Assembly (NCBI GenBank): GCA_963729715.1
Contig: CAVSPA010000005.1
Location: 352,001 to 416,000 of the forward strand
Direction: 5' to 3'
Source of the DNA: an uncultured delta proteobacterium
GTDB taxonomy: Bacteria > Desulfobacterota > Syntrophia > Syntrophales > UBA2185
DNA length: 64,000 bases
The stretch's first letter is position 1. Every line of letters starts with the position of its first letter. Positions 52,695-64,000 of this stretch are shown piece after piece. Below the pieces are notes generated by a model. The model did no database searches. It saw only the letters and a list, made by a program, of their open reading frames with translations, and was not told where the DNA came from. Made by a program: the position numbers and the translations under genes.

Positions 52695-53123
52695 TCACAA
52701 CGTTAATTGCAGTTGTCCTTTGTCTTCTTTTTCTTGATACTTAACATAGGCGAGAATTTCCTTTTCACTTAAGCCTATGCACGATACACAGTAGCCTCGT
52801 GACCAGATGCCTTCTTTACTTGCATACGTCTTACGCAGAAAAGGAAATTTCGCCTTTATCTTTTTTGCCGACTGCGATTTGATGAACTGAACTACGTCGG
52901 CAACTGCAATTCTTGGCGGTATCACGACCACCATGTGAACATGGTCTAACTGAACACTAAGTTTTATTACCTCGATATCGGGATCAAGTTATGGGATGTG
53001 CGAAAGTGTTTCCCCCGCATATCCCTTTACACCTTTTACGAAGATTTTTCTCCGATATCTCGCTATCCAGACGAGATCATATTCTGTTTTATAGATAGCA
53101 TGGGCACTTTTACGATATCTCAT
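52695..53123 (-). pseudogene. tnpA: IS200/IS605 TnpA, frameshifted
   Basis: MRYRKSAHAIYKTEYDLVWIARYRRK, frameshift near 53020, then DHVHMVVVIPP..IWSRGY..YVKYQ; hairpin CCCCCAGC/GCTGGGGG near 52665-52685. Confidence 0.85.
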
Positions 53124-53361
53124 GCCCTATCATACCAAATACTCACTCGTCTGGATAGCCACTACATCACCAGACAGGAGTTTGGTGTTTTATGTGGCTC
53201 AATAAAAACTGCCCGGACTAACCAAAAAATATTTCAATTTTGGGAATCGAACCTGCGTATATACTCACTATAAGTGTATCTCAGAATCTTCTGACCTTGA
53301 TCTGACCCTGAGCATTTAATCTTCCTAAATTTCGTCATCATAAATTGTCTCATAAATTGTC

Positions 53362-53389
53362 TTGCTTATTATACCAAATATGGTATAAG
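53362..53389 (+). promoter_or_regulatory. Promoter and palindromic operator of the TA pair
   Basis: TTGCTT-N16-TATAAG with extended TG, overlapped by TTATACCA-AATA-TGGTATAA (53369-53388). Confidence 0.65.
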
Positions 53390-53396
53390 TAAATTC

Positions 53397-53756
53397 ATGG
53401 ATACGAAGCCGTTAGTCTGGATAGGTAGAAGCAGAGAGGATCTCAAAAAGTTTCCAGAGGCGGTTAAGGATGTTGCCGGTTTTGCCTTATATAAGGCCCA
53501 AATGGGCGGCAAACATCCGGCAGCAAAGCCATTGAAAGGTTTTCACGGCGCCGGTGTTGTTGAAATTGTCGAAAACTATTTTGGAAATACATATAGGGTT
53601 ATATACACAACCAGACTGGAAGGTGCAGTCTATGTTCTGCATGCTTTCCAGAAAAAGGCAAAGACTGGCATTGAAACACCGAAACAGGAAATTGATTTGA
53701 TAAATAGTAGACTGAAGACAGCTTCAGAGCACCATGAATTGCGATTCAAGAAATGA
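53397..53756 (+). CDS. RelE/HigB-like (Gp49-type) toxin
   Basis: KPLVWIG.S..DL..FP, YRVIY, VYVLHAFQKK..G..TP. Confidence 0.9.
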   Translation: MDTKPLVWIGRSREDLKKFPEAVKDVAGFALYKAQMGGKHPAAKPLKGFHGAGVVEIVENYFGNTYRVIYTTRLEGAVYVLHAFQKKAKTGIETPKQEIDLINSRLKTASEHHELRFKK

Positions 53757-53764
53757 GGCATATT

Positions 53765-54088
53765 ATGAAGGATAAAGTAATGATGAGTAGTGGGAATGTC
53801 TTCGCAGATATCGGGCTTCCAGACGCGGAAGAACGCCTAGCAAAGGCACAGCTTGCCCACAAAATAAGTGAAATAATTCAGAAGCGCCATCTCAGTCAGT
53901 CAGGGGCTGCAAGAATCCTTGGAACAGAACAACCCAAAATTTCGGCTATCATGAATGGCAAGCTGTCGGGGTTTTCCCTTGAACGTCTCATTTTTTTTCT
54001 TAATGTCCTTGGCAGTGACGTCCAGATAATTGTTAAACCCAAACCGCCACGTCGTAAATCTGCCGCCCTGGAAGTAGTTTTCGCCTGA
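53765..54088 (+). CDS. HigA-like XRE-HTH antitoxin
   Basis: SSGNVFADIG, LSQSGAA.ILG..QPKIS...GKLSGFSLERL. Confidence 0.9.
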   Translation: MKDKVMMSSGNVFADIGLPDAEERLAKAQLAHKISEIIQKRHLSQSGAARILGTEQPKISAIMNGKLSGFSLERLIFFLNVLGSDVQIIVKPKPPRRKSAALEVVFA

Positions 54089-54274
54089 TTCTCGATTTGG
54101 GGATAATCAAAAAATATCCTCCTATTACGTAGTAAGCAACGCCGAAGACTGGATATCAAAACTTGCAAATAAAAAGGCGCGGTCCGGGTTTCCAAACATT
54201 TTATTGAATACGGGTTCAAACATGCGATGGTTTGACAGCCGATTTCTCAATTACAATATTTAAGGAGGTGTGCT

Positions 54275-54633
54275 GTGAAAGAGATTCCTCGTGGGGCAAG
54301 AAATAAATTCACAGAAATACATAAGGAGCGGTTGGCACGGGAGTATAGCGAGGCCGCGAAAGAAAGCACAGAAGTATACAAGGATTTACATGGGACATTT
54401 GACGATGGTCTCTGCGAAACAAGTGATGTGGATGGTGTGGAAAAAGGGGAAGCATGTTTTGAAGATCGGGCTACTCGGAAAAGATGAGATAGATTACGTG
54501 CACTGGCAAGAGATCGTCGTCTATAAGTCCTTCTAAAATATCGGGTTCTATTCCGCCGGGGAAGGGGATTGGCGACTTGTTCTATGGAAGAGATAAACAA
54601 GGTCTCGAAGATGCATGGTCTGAGGAGATCGTA
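54275..54633 (+). pseudogene. Possible degraded mazEF-like toxin-antitoxin remnant
   Basis: LAREYSEAAKE..DLHGTFDDGL (antitoxin-like tail) and MEEINKVSKMHGL (MazF C-terminus-like) fragments; weak. Confidence 0.3.
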
Positions 54634-54720
54634 ATCCTCAAGTCTATAAAGCAGGTGACCCGTTCGTCTCGGTGATTTTTTTGAGATAACCAGGACTCGC
54701 ACGCGGAAACAACATATCCA

Positions 54721-54780
54721 TTGATTTTTTTCGCAGATGAGTTTATAAATTGTGAACAATGAGTTTACGTATCATGAACA
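54721..54780 (+). promoter_or_regulatory. Promoter plus tandem 22-bp operator repeats of the MNT-HEPN pair
   Basis: TTGATT-N17-TATAAA; ATGAGTTTA-N7-TGAACA at 54737-54758 and 54759-54780. Confidence 0.6.
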
Positions 54781-55313
54781 TAGAAAAGCTTTTGTCAACA
54801 AAAGAGAGGATTGCCATACTCCGTGATGTCATCTATTCGGAGAGGCAGTTTGGCGTGAATGAAATAGCTGCAAAGCTTGGGCTTAGCAAGGGACTGGTGT
54901 CGAAATATTTTGAGATTCTGGAAAAGGAAAATATCCTTGAGAGAAAAAAAGGCAAGTTAGGCGTCAGAAATAATAGAGAAGTCAAGGCTTTGAAAATACT
55001 ATTCAACGTGCAGGGGATTAAGACTGGTATCTTGAAGCGCTATGAATTCGTTAAGGCGGCGGGCTTGTACGGAAGCTGTTCCAAAGGCACCAATACAGAG
55101 TCTTCGGATGTCGATTTATGGGTCAAGATCGAGCACGCGGAAGATAAAACAATCGCGAGCCTCACATCGGAGCTCAGGAGGTTGGTGAAAAATGCCAGGG
55201 TTCTCGTGCTTGACGATAAAAAAATACGGCAACTGAAGAAAGAAGATCCCCTATTTTACCACTCACTTTATTTCGGTTCAGTGATTCTGTATGGCCAAGA
55301 AGACGCTCTATAA
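54759..55313 (+). CDS. HTH-fused minimal nucleotidyltransferase (MntA-like antitoxin)
   Basis: N-terminal HTH (GVNEIAAKLGLSKGLVSKY), LYGS.SKG....SDVDL. Confidence 0.85.
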   Translation: MSLRIMNIEKLLSTKERIAILRDVIYSERQFGVNEIAAKLGLSKGLVSKYFEILEKENILERKKGKLGVRNNREVKALKILFNVQGIKTGILKRYEFVKAAGLYGSCSKGTNTESSDVDLWVKIEHAEDKTIASLTSELRRLVKNARVLVLDDKKIRQLKKEDPLFYHSLYFGSVILYGQEDAL

Positions 55314-55482
55314 CATTGACAGACTTCTCGATGAAGGACTGCTTAGGAAAATCCCGGCGTTAAGAGAAAAAGCAGGGGAAAGCCTCAGGACAGCCGAATC
55401 TTGGATAAAGGAAGCGGAAAACAACTTCCGCAGCAAAGCTTTCAGGTCATGTATCATATCAAGCTATCTTGCCATGTTCCAT
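55291..55482 (+). pseudogene. HEPN-domain protein, truncated
   Basis: A..WIKEAE........CIISSYLAMFH; similarity then appears lost at the IS110 remnant. Confidence 0.7.
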
Positions 55483-55991
55483 TTCGGCGCCCTTCTGATT
55501 GACATAGTCCCTTTTGGTGCCCTTGCTGACGAACATGGAAGAATTAGTTGGCCATCGGAGCATATTCATGAGCATAGTTGGGTTTAAAGAGGCTTATGAT
55601 AGTATAATATCCGCCAGTACCCGGGGATCCTTGTCATCTGTCTTCAGAGGAGAGTTGTCGTTTATCTCTTTTACCCTCTTTGTGTGCATGGGATTAACCT
55701 GGACTACCGTCACGGGCTTCTTTGACAGGTAATGGCCGATGGGTTCACCATAGGGACCTGTTGATTCGTATCCTACGATCACCTCATTGCATCTGAACCT
55801 GTTCTTATTCACAACAATCATGCTCCAGAGCCTGTCAAGCCCCGCCCTCGTATTGTCAAATCTGAAAGGCTTTATATCCCTTCCGTCTGTGGTGGTACAG
55901 TACCCTCTGTTCATCTCCAAACCGATTCTATTGTCACGATCAGCGTATCTTCCTTTACCCTTCCTATTTTCCCTGTGCCTGCTTTCTTCAT
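55483..55991 (-). pseudogene. IS110-family transposase remnant (frameshifted, truncated; left boundary approximate)
   Basis: TLIVTI, frameshift, F.FDNTRAG, VGYESTGPY, VQVNPMHTK, NSPLKTDDKD. Confidence 0.8.
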
Positions 55992-56257
55992 GAATATATT
56001 CCCCCTTATTGTCTTAACTGAATAATCAATCTTGCCTCAGGGGGATATATATATCTTTAAACTGCTTCAATCATGAACTACAATATAGCAAGCTGTAATC
56101 CTCCCTTGGTAATTTTGTCAAATCATGCAATAATAGAGACAGTAATCGTTACTGACCTACAGGAATGGTTTCTATGCTTAGCAGAATCAACCAAAATGAA
56201 TTAGGAAAGCGGCCGATTACCGTGAGATCCCAGCGTCTGGCTCATTAAGGAGGAAAT

Positions 56258-57052
56258 ATGACTCTAAGAACAAAGCTCACATTGGGTTTAGGATTTCTGT
56301 TCCTGATAATTTTCACTCTTGCAGCTCTTTGCTCCTATTATGTTGGGGAATTGGGTCGAGAATCGGACAATATTCTTAAAGATAACTACTACTCCATCGT
56401 TTATTCCAGGAATATGCTTTCTGGTCTTGATGACATGAAGACTTCGATCACCAGCATCGTGTATAATAGAAGCCGAGTTGGAACAATGTCTCATTATTAC
56501 GTGAGACTATTCGAATCAGGAAGAAATGTATTTGAGACCAACTTAAAAGCGGAATATAATAATATAACAGAGATACACGAAAAAGAATATGTCGAAACAC
56601 TTAACCAGGACTATGATTCATACGTGAAACTCTGTTTTCAGATGAAGAGCGGATTGGGTGGAAGTTCGGTGTATTTTGATCAGTTTCTGCCGGCCTGCGA
56701 AAGACTGAAAAAATCTATCAACGCCATCTATGACATAAACACTCAGGCTGTAGTGCGGAAAAGCGAGTTGGTAAAGCATGATTCTTCCCGTTTCATTAAC
56801 TATATGGCGATCATAGGATCGATCTGCCTGTTGCTTGCGTTGGCTTACTTCTGGTATTTCCCGGTCTACATTTCCACCACCCTCAGCTATCTCTCGGAGA
56901 AAATGAAAAATTTGCTAAAGAGCAGTGGCGTCGCCTTTGACATAAAAACAAATGATGAGGCTTATATCATGTTACACGCCATAGGCCTGCTTGAAAACAA
57001 ATTGGGCGTAAAGAAAGAGGACACGCACAACACGAGAAATGGCGTGCAATAA
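56258..57052 (+). CDS. Two-TM periplasmic helical sensor-only protein, similar to the N-terminus of the kinase at 43694
   Basis: AAGGAGG SD; ILKDNYYSIVYSRNM vs ILRENYLSVLACQNM; NNITEIHEKE vs NNITIPGEGE; no kinase domain. Confidence 0.75.
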   Translation: MTLRTKLTLGLGFLFLIIFTLAALCSYYVGELGRESDNILKDNYYSIVYSRNMLSGLDDMKTSITSIVYNRSRVGTMSHYYVRLFESGRNVFETNLKAEYNNITEIHEKEYVETLNQDYDSYVKLCFQMKSGLGGSSVYFDQFLPACERLKKSINAIYDINTQAVVRKSELVKHDSSRFINYMAIIGSICLLLALAYFWYFPVYISTTLSYLSEKMKNLLKSSGVAFDIKTNDEAYIMLHAIGLLENKLGVKKEDTHNTRNGVQ

Positions 57053-57343
57053 TCGTCCGGGCAGGTCGCCCCTCGTATGACCATTTGCTCCACTGGCGAG
57101 ATATTGTCCGATCTAAGATACTCCGTCCTCGACCATTTGACCTCTTTTCTGGAAGGAAAATCATAAATGAAAAAGCCAGAGAATTGATCTTCAACGAGGT
57201 TAAAAGAAAGGCGATTATATCATTCCTTAATCTTAACATTTCCTCACAGAACCATAATAATAGGCGTAATCAACATCTCTAAATTTCTCGCAACTTCCTG
57301 TAGGGTGGTTTTTCCATTTGCATTTATTTATTTATCTCTCAAA

Positions 57344-57953
57344 ACCACTGACATAGTCAGTGGTGGGGCGTGGGGGCGGAGGCCCCACACCTTTAGCGCA
57401 TCAACAATGTTGATAAGCAGATAGGATTTGTTGTAACGTATCCATAGGAGGCAAGGGTATGGAAGAATACAACAAATCATCTCATGCAATTTACCGATGT
57501 GAGTATCACTTCGTTTGGGTTCCGAAATACCGCTATCAGGTGCTGGTGAAAGAGATCAAGCCAAGATTAAAGGAGCTGTTGGTGGAGTTATGCAACTGGC
57601 TTGACGTCACAATTATAGAAGGAGCGATATGTTCAGATCACGTGCATATGTATCTTTCAGTTCCTCCGAAATATTCTCCGGCCCATGTAATGAAGATCCT
57701 CAAAGGAAAAAGTGCAGAGTATCTGCGTAGGGATTTTCCTGAATTGTGCAAAAAGTATTGGGGGCTGCATATATGGGCCGGGGGCTATTTTGTGAGCACT
57801 GTGGGAATCGACAGCGCCACCATTCAGAAATATGTTAAAGAGCAAGTAGAAGATCAGATGCGAGAAGAGCAGCTTGGGTTATGGAGGGACGACAGCGAAT
57901 GACATTGTCAGGAGTTGTCGTCCTTCAAGAAAGCCACCGACAAGGTCGGTGGT
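57344..57953 (+). mobile_element. IS200-like element with intact tnpA and similar subterminal hairpins
   Basis: ACCACTGAC-ATA-GTCAGTGGT (57344-57364) and GCCACCGAC-AAG-GTCGGTGGT (57933-57953); no tnpB. Confidence 0.82.
57459..57902 (+). CDS. tnpA: IS200/IS605 family Y1 HUH transposase
   Basis: YHFVWVPKYR, DHVHM, LKGKS, W..GYFVSTVG, YV..Q. Confidence 0.95.
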   Translation: MEEYNKSSHAIYRCEYHFVWVPKYRYQVLVKEIKPRLKELLVELCNWLDVTIIEGAICSDHVHMYLSVPPKYSPAHVMKILKGKSAEYLRRDFPELCKKYWGLHIWAGGYFVSTVGIDSATIQKYVKEQVEDQMREEQLGLWRDDSE

Positions 57954-58045
57954 AGTTTACTGAATATTTCAACTTGTAATCGCTATAAGGTCAGTGTAAT
58001 AGTCTTGCACGCATTGTAGATTAACCCGTTGCTGGAATAGACGTT

Positions 58046-60022
58046 ATGGTATCTCTTGACGCAGAGGATAAGCCGTCACTGCTTGACAGGATGCGCCATA
58101 AAATATTCGGTTCTCCCCATGACATAAACGAGCCATCCGTATTTCACAAATTATCCCTCATCCCAATACTCGCATGGATCGGCCTCGGCGCTGATGGCCT
58201 CTCTTCTTCTTCCTATGGTCCTGAAGAAGCTTTCAAGGCGTTAGGCAGTCACACCTATATCGCCTTCTTTTTGGGACTTGCGACTGCTTTCACGGTATTT
58301 GTCATCGCCTATGCTTACTCTCGAATCATTGAGCATTTTCCTCACGGAGGCGGCGGATATATTGTCGCCACTCACACCATTAGCGATGGTGCGGGGGTCG
58401 TATCGGGGAGCGCCTTGCTCGTCGATTATATGTTGACAATTACCGTATCCCTTGTTTCCTGTGGTGACGCCCTCTTCAGCTTTCTGCCCGTGGCATACCT
58501 TAAATACAAATTGATTTTCGCGGTGTTCTTAATTCTCATGATGGTAGTCATGAACCTGAGGGGGGTGAAAGAATCCGTAATAAGCCTCGCCCCCATTTTT
58601 ATTATCTTTGTTGTGACCCACATCCTGCTTATTGGCTATGGCGTATTGGATCACTCAGATCAGTTCGGATCTCTGGTTGGCGAATTTAAGGGAAGTATCA
58701 GGGAGGATGTAGCGTCCATAGGTTATATCGGTATGCTTGCAATCTTTCTCCGGGCCTTCTCTCTGGGAGGAGGTACCTACACGGGACTCGAAGCAGTATC
58801 AAACGGGATGCAGATCATGCGGGAGCCAAGGGTTCAGACGGGAAAAAAGACGATGGCCTATATGGCGCTATCTCTTGCATTTACGGCAGGTGGTCTTCTC
58901 ATTTGCTATGTCCTTTATCAAATAAAGCCTGTAGAAGGAAGAACGCTGAATGCTATCCTTGCGGACAACATTTTTGGCAACTGGCCATTAGGTGGTTGGA
59001 TTGCGCTCATCACTATTCTTTCCGAAGGTGCGCTCCTCATAGTGGGTGCCCAGGCAGGCTTTGTGGATGGCCCGAGAGTGATGGCCAACATGGCAACGGA
59101 TTTTTGGCTGCCCCGCCGTTTCACCATGCTTTCAGACCGCTTTACGATGCAAAATGGCGTGCTATTGATGGGCGGAGCGTCATTGTTGCTCTTATTTTAC
59201 ACTCACGGCTCCATCTCCGCCCTCATCGTCATGTATTCCATTAATGTCTTTGTCACCTTCTCCCTTTCACAGCTCGGCATGGTTGTTTTCTATGTCCGCA
59301 ACAGCAACGTGGACGAAAGATGGAAAAAGCATATCGCCATTCATATTGTGGGTCTGATTCTCTGCCTCACTATTCTTTTCGTAACCGTGTACGAGAAATT
59401 TGAGGAGGGTGGATGGATGACCATTCTTATAACCTCAGTCGTCATAGTCTTGTGCTATTGGATCCACGGCCATTACGGGAAGGTCCACAAGGCAGCCCGG
59501 AAACTGGAAGAAGTCCTAACCGGACTCCCCCCCGGGAGCAATTTCAATAATAATCCCGTCGATCCGAAGGAAGCGACCGCCATTATGCTTGTCAGCGGTT
59601 ATAATGGATTTGGTATTCACGTTTGGCTTTCCATTATTCGTAAGTTTCCCAAGCTGTATAAGAATTTCATTTTTGTGTCTGTCGCAGAGATAGATTCCGG
59701 GTCTTTTAAGGGTGTCGCGGAGATAGAAGCCTTGAAAACTTCTCTTTCAAGTGACCTGGAAAAATACGTCCACCTTGTCCGTTCCCTTGGATTTTCTGCA
59801 GATTACAGAATGAGCGTAGGAACGGATGTCGTAGATAGTGTAACGCAACTTTGCAAATCTCTGGCCAAAGAATTCCCCAGATCGATGGTATTTACGGGGA
59901 AGCTGATATTTCAATACGACCGCTATTTCCAGAGATTCCTTCACAATGAAACGGCCTTCGCCATTCAGCGGCATCTGCAGTGGGAGGGAGTTGATACAGT
60001 CATCCTGCCGATTCGTATCTGA
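58046..60022 (+). CDS. APC-superfamily permease, KimA/YdaO-like (probable K+ importer)
   Basis: ADGLSSSSYGPEE, FPHGGGGY, LLVDY.LT, TGLEAVSNG, KFEEGGW, cytosolic LHNETA tail. Confidence 0.8.
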   Translation: MVSLDAEDKPSLLDRMRHKIFGSPHDINEPSVFHKLSLIPILAWIGLGADGLSSSSYGPEEAFKALGSHTYIAFFLGLATAFTVFVIAYAYSRIIEHFPHGGGGYIVATHTISDGAGVVSGSALLVDYMLTITVSLVSCGDALFSFLPVAYLKYKLIFAVFLILMMVVMNLRGVKESVISLAPIFIIFVVTHILLIGYGVLDHSDQFGSLVGEFKGSIREDVASIGYIGMLAIFLRAFSLGGGTYTGLEAVSNGMQIMREPRVQTGKKTMAYMALSLAFTAGGLLICYVLYQIKPVEGRTLNAILADNIFGNWPLGGWIALITILSEGALLIVGAQAGFVDGPRVMANMATDFWLPRRFTMLSDRFTMQNGVLLMGGASLLLLFYTHGSISALIVMYSINVFVTFSLSQLGMVVFYVRNSNVDERWKKHIAIHIVGLILCLTILFVTVYEKFEEGGWMTILITSVVIVLCYWIHGHYGKVHKAARKLEEVLTGLPPGSNFNNNPVDPKEATAIMLVSGYNGFGIHVWLSIIRKFPKLYKNFIFVSVAEIDSGSFKGVAEIEALKTSLSSDLEKYVHLVRSLGFSADYRMSVGTDVVDSVTQLCKSLAKEFPRSMVFTGKLIFQYDRYFQRFLHNETAFAIQRHLQWEGVDTVILPIRI

Positions 60023-60288
60023 TCCATATGTTCTGCATAGAAAGATCAATCAATGGACTTATGAAATGTACCAGCTCTCATGGCCACCTACTAAGTGCCT
60101 ATATCAATATGAAGCTCTGGGTTCCGAAATACGGCTTATTTGTGCAAATCCTAGAGAGAGACGGTTCTCCCATCAGGATGATTGCGCGAATCCATCAGCG
60201 CTTTGTACAAGTCGTGCGGCGTCGCTTTAAATGTTACAGACTGTCGAATCGTGCGTGTCTTCATGTGCTCACCTTTATAAGACTCCAT

Positions 60289-61056
60289 TTATTCTTTTCC
60301 GCGCCAGGCAAAAGTCTCCCTTTCTATCGCTCCTTGATCCACATGCAGGCTGCTGGCTTCCGCCAGCGCAGACTCCATCATAGGAGGCGGGCCGCAGAGA
60401 TAGAAGGATGCTTCTTTAGCGGCTCCGTGCCTCTTTAGGATATCCCCGCTCAAACGCCCCTTCTCATAGAAGACGCCGGGGTACTCTTGCCGGTAGTATC
60501 CCTCAACATCGTCGGCACGGCTGAGACAGTAAATCACCCTCAGATTGAGGTCCCTGGTCATGCCCTGGATCTCGTCTGTAGCGAACACGTCTTCCATAGT
60601 CTTATTCACCCAGAAAAGTGTGACAATATTTCGCGCCTCGATGTTTCTGAAGTGCCTGAGAACGCTTAGGAAGGGCGTTATACCCACTCCCCCAGCCATC
60701 ATGATAATTACAGGCTTGGCGTCAATATCCTTGCAGAATGCTCCTAGGGGCCCCATGCACCTCACTTCAGTTCCCGGCTTGAAATCCGGGATGGCGGAGG
60801 TGAATTGACCCGCCTTCTTGATAGTCAGGCACAGAACCGGGTCCTCCGGAGCGCTGGCTATAGAAAACGGGTGGGGATCACTCCATCCATCATTAGTCCT
60901 AATGCTGATTGATGCGAACTGGCCTGCCCTTCTCTTAGCCATCTTCTCGTCAGAACCTACGAGATAGAGTGAATTCGTATCCCGGTTTTCAGGAACAACT
61001 TTCATTATTTTCCAGATCTGCTTCTGGTCCTGTCCGGCGCTTCTTATATCCGTCAT
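60289..61056 (-). CDS. Ferredoxin reductase-like FAD/NAD(P)-binding oxidoreductase
   Basis: HPFSIAS, G.FT, GPLG.F, AGGVGITP, YLCGPPPM. Confidence 0.88.
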   Translation of the reverse strand: MTDIRSAGQDQKQIWKIMKVVPENRDTNSLYLVGSDEKMAKRRAGQFASISIRTNDGWSDPHPFSIASAPEDPVLCLTIKKAGQFTSAIPDFKPGTEVRCMGPLGAFCKDIDAKPVIIMMAGGVGITPFLSVLRHFRNIEARNIVTLFWVNKTMEDVFATDEIQGMTRDLNLRVIYCLSRADDVEGYYRQEYPGVFYEKGRLSGDILKRHGAAKEASFYLCGPPPMMESALAEASSLHVDQGAIERETFAWRGKE

Positions 61057-61069
61057 ATTATCTCCTTCC

Positions 61070-61693
61070 TCACCTGACGAGCTTCTGGGCCTCCTGAATT
61101 GCCCGTTCCATGTCCGGAAGATGGGTGATTTCAGGAACCACCTGGATGTAGCTCACCTTTCCATCTTTATCCACGATGATGATCGAACGCGCCAAGAGCA
61201 TTAAACCGTCCATCAGGAGACCGGTGGCGCGGCCGAAGGCACCCTCCTTGTAGTCGGAAAGAAATTGGATATTCTTAGTCTTTGCCTCCTGCGCAAATCT
61301 TTTTTGGGCAAATGGGGTATCGCGGCTGACGGTAATCATCTTGGCCTGGGGGGGGAGCTTGTCTCCGTAATCATTGAGGTAGTGGGTCTGCGCCTCACAA
61401 ACGGCTGTGTCTAAGGAGGGAACGACGCTCACGAAGAGGATGAAGCCTTTCATGTCTTTGGAGAGGTCCACGCGCTGCATAGTCATGGCATCCACTAGGT
61501 CTACTGATGGAAGCGTGCGGCCTACAGCAATTGGCTTACCGAGCAGGTTAAGGCTCATGCCCTCTCTCGCCACGGCGGAACCCGGTGCAACAGAGCCCTT
61601 CTCGACGGCAATATTGGCGCTCCCTGCCGCGCAGGCAGAGAGAAAAAACAAAAATAGGAATAATACGAGCAACCGTATTTTTTTTGTTTTCAT
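61070..61693 (-). CDS. tpx: Thiol peroxidase (Tpx-type), lipoprotein
   Basis: Lipobox LSAC, VPSLDTAVC, S.DTPFAQKRF, LARS. Confidence 0.85.
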   Translation of the reverse strand: MKTKKIRLLVLFLFLFFLSACAAGSANIAVEKGSVAPGSAVAREGMSLNLLGKPIAVGRTLPSVDLVDAMTMQRVDLSKDMKGFILFVSVVPSLDTAVCEAQTHYLNDYGDKLPPQAKMITVSRDTPFAQKRFAQEAKTKNIQFLSDYKEGAFGRATGLLMDGLMLLARSIIIVDKDGKVSYIQVVPEITHLPDMERAIQEAQKLVR

Positions 61694-61758
61694 GGCAAAT
61701 CTCCTTTCTTCTTTAATGACAGCGGGCCGACCTCGCGAAAGTACGGCCTCAGTTAAAT

Positions 61759-64000
<2,242 letters not shown>

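Noticed and set aside
55992..56100. IS110 non-coding end (bridge RNA-like) hairpin ATATATTCCCC/GGGGATATATAT
   Set aside because: Transposase is degraded and no target/donor loop structure can be supported by eye
57960..58045. c-di-AMP (ydaO) riboswitch upstream of the KimA-like gene
   Set aside because: Region too short and no consensus elements seen

Overview
Gene-dense bacterial chromosomal window. Gene content suggests an anaerobic Desulfobacterota (deltaproteobacterial, possibly Syntrophorhabdus-like) organism; this is inference only. Left to right it holds: (1) a methylmalonyl-CoA pathway block (sucC, sucD, mce, carboxyltransferase, small subunit, partial 5S/PycB-like subunit); (2) an ABM protein, a rhodanese-like gene with two in-frame TGA codons (U-A-U), and a thioesterase/DUF362/thiolase-like trio; (3) an unannotated, structured, sigma54-preceded minus-strand RNA with anti-Shine-Dalgarno-like loops, divergent from cydAB; (4) a flavoprotein disulfide reductase followed by two more TGA-interrupted genes (HMA-domain CxU and peroxiredoxin TxxU); (5) an oxalate oxidoreductase operon with CDC48-type ATPase, FadR regulator, OxlT-type transporter and an amber-interrupted epimerase; (6) a radical SAM/SPASM enzyme preceded by an unannotated 33-aa peptide ending EVCGVW, resembling the mycofactocin precursor; (7) a cytochrome c/Rieske/cytochrome b-cc/SCO/A2-type oxidase block between pentose-phosphate genes; (8) a sigma54-controlled kdpFABC locus whose KdpD lacks a kinase domain and is fused to a PTS EIIA domain; (9) an IS/toxin-antitoxin debris field, a KimA-like permease, tpx, pgm and partial pgi. 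I saw no rRNA, tRNA or CRISPR array. The strongest candidates for undescribed biology are the CGVW peptide/rSAM pair, the U-x-U and C-x-U selenoproteins, the sigma54 sRNA and the KdpD-EIIA fusion. All calls come from reading motifs by eye; no database search or folding program was run.
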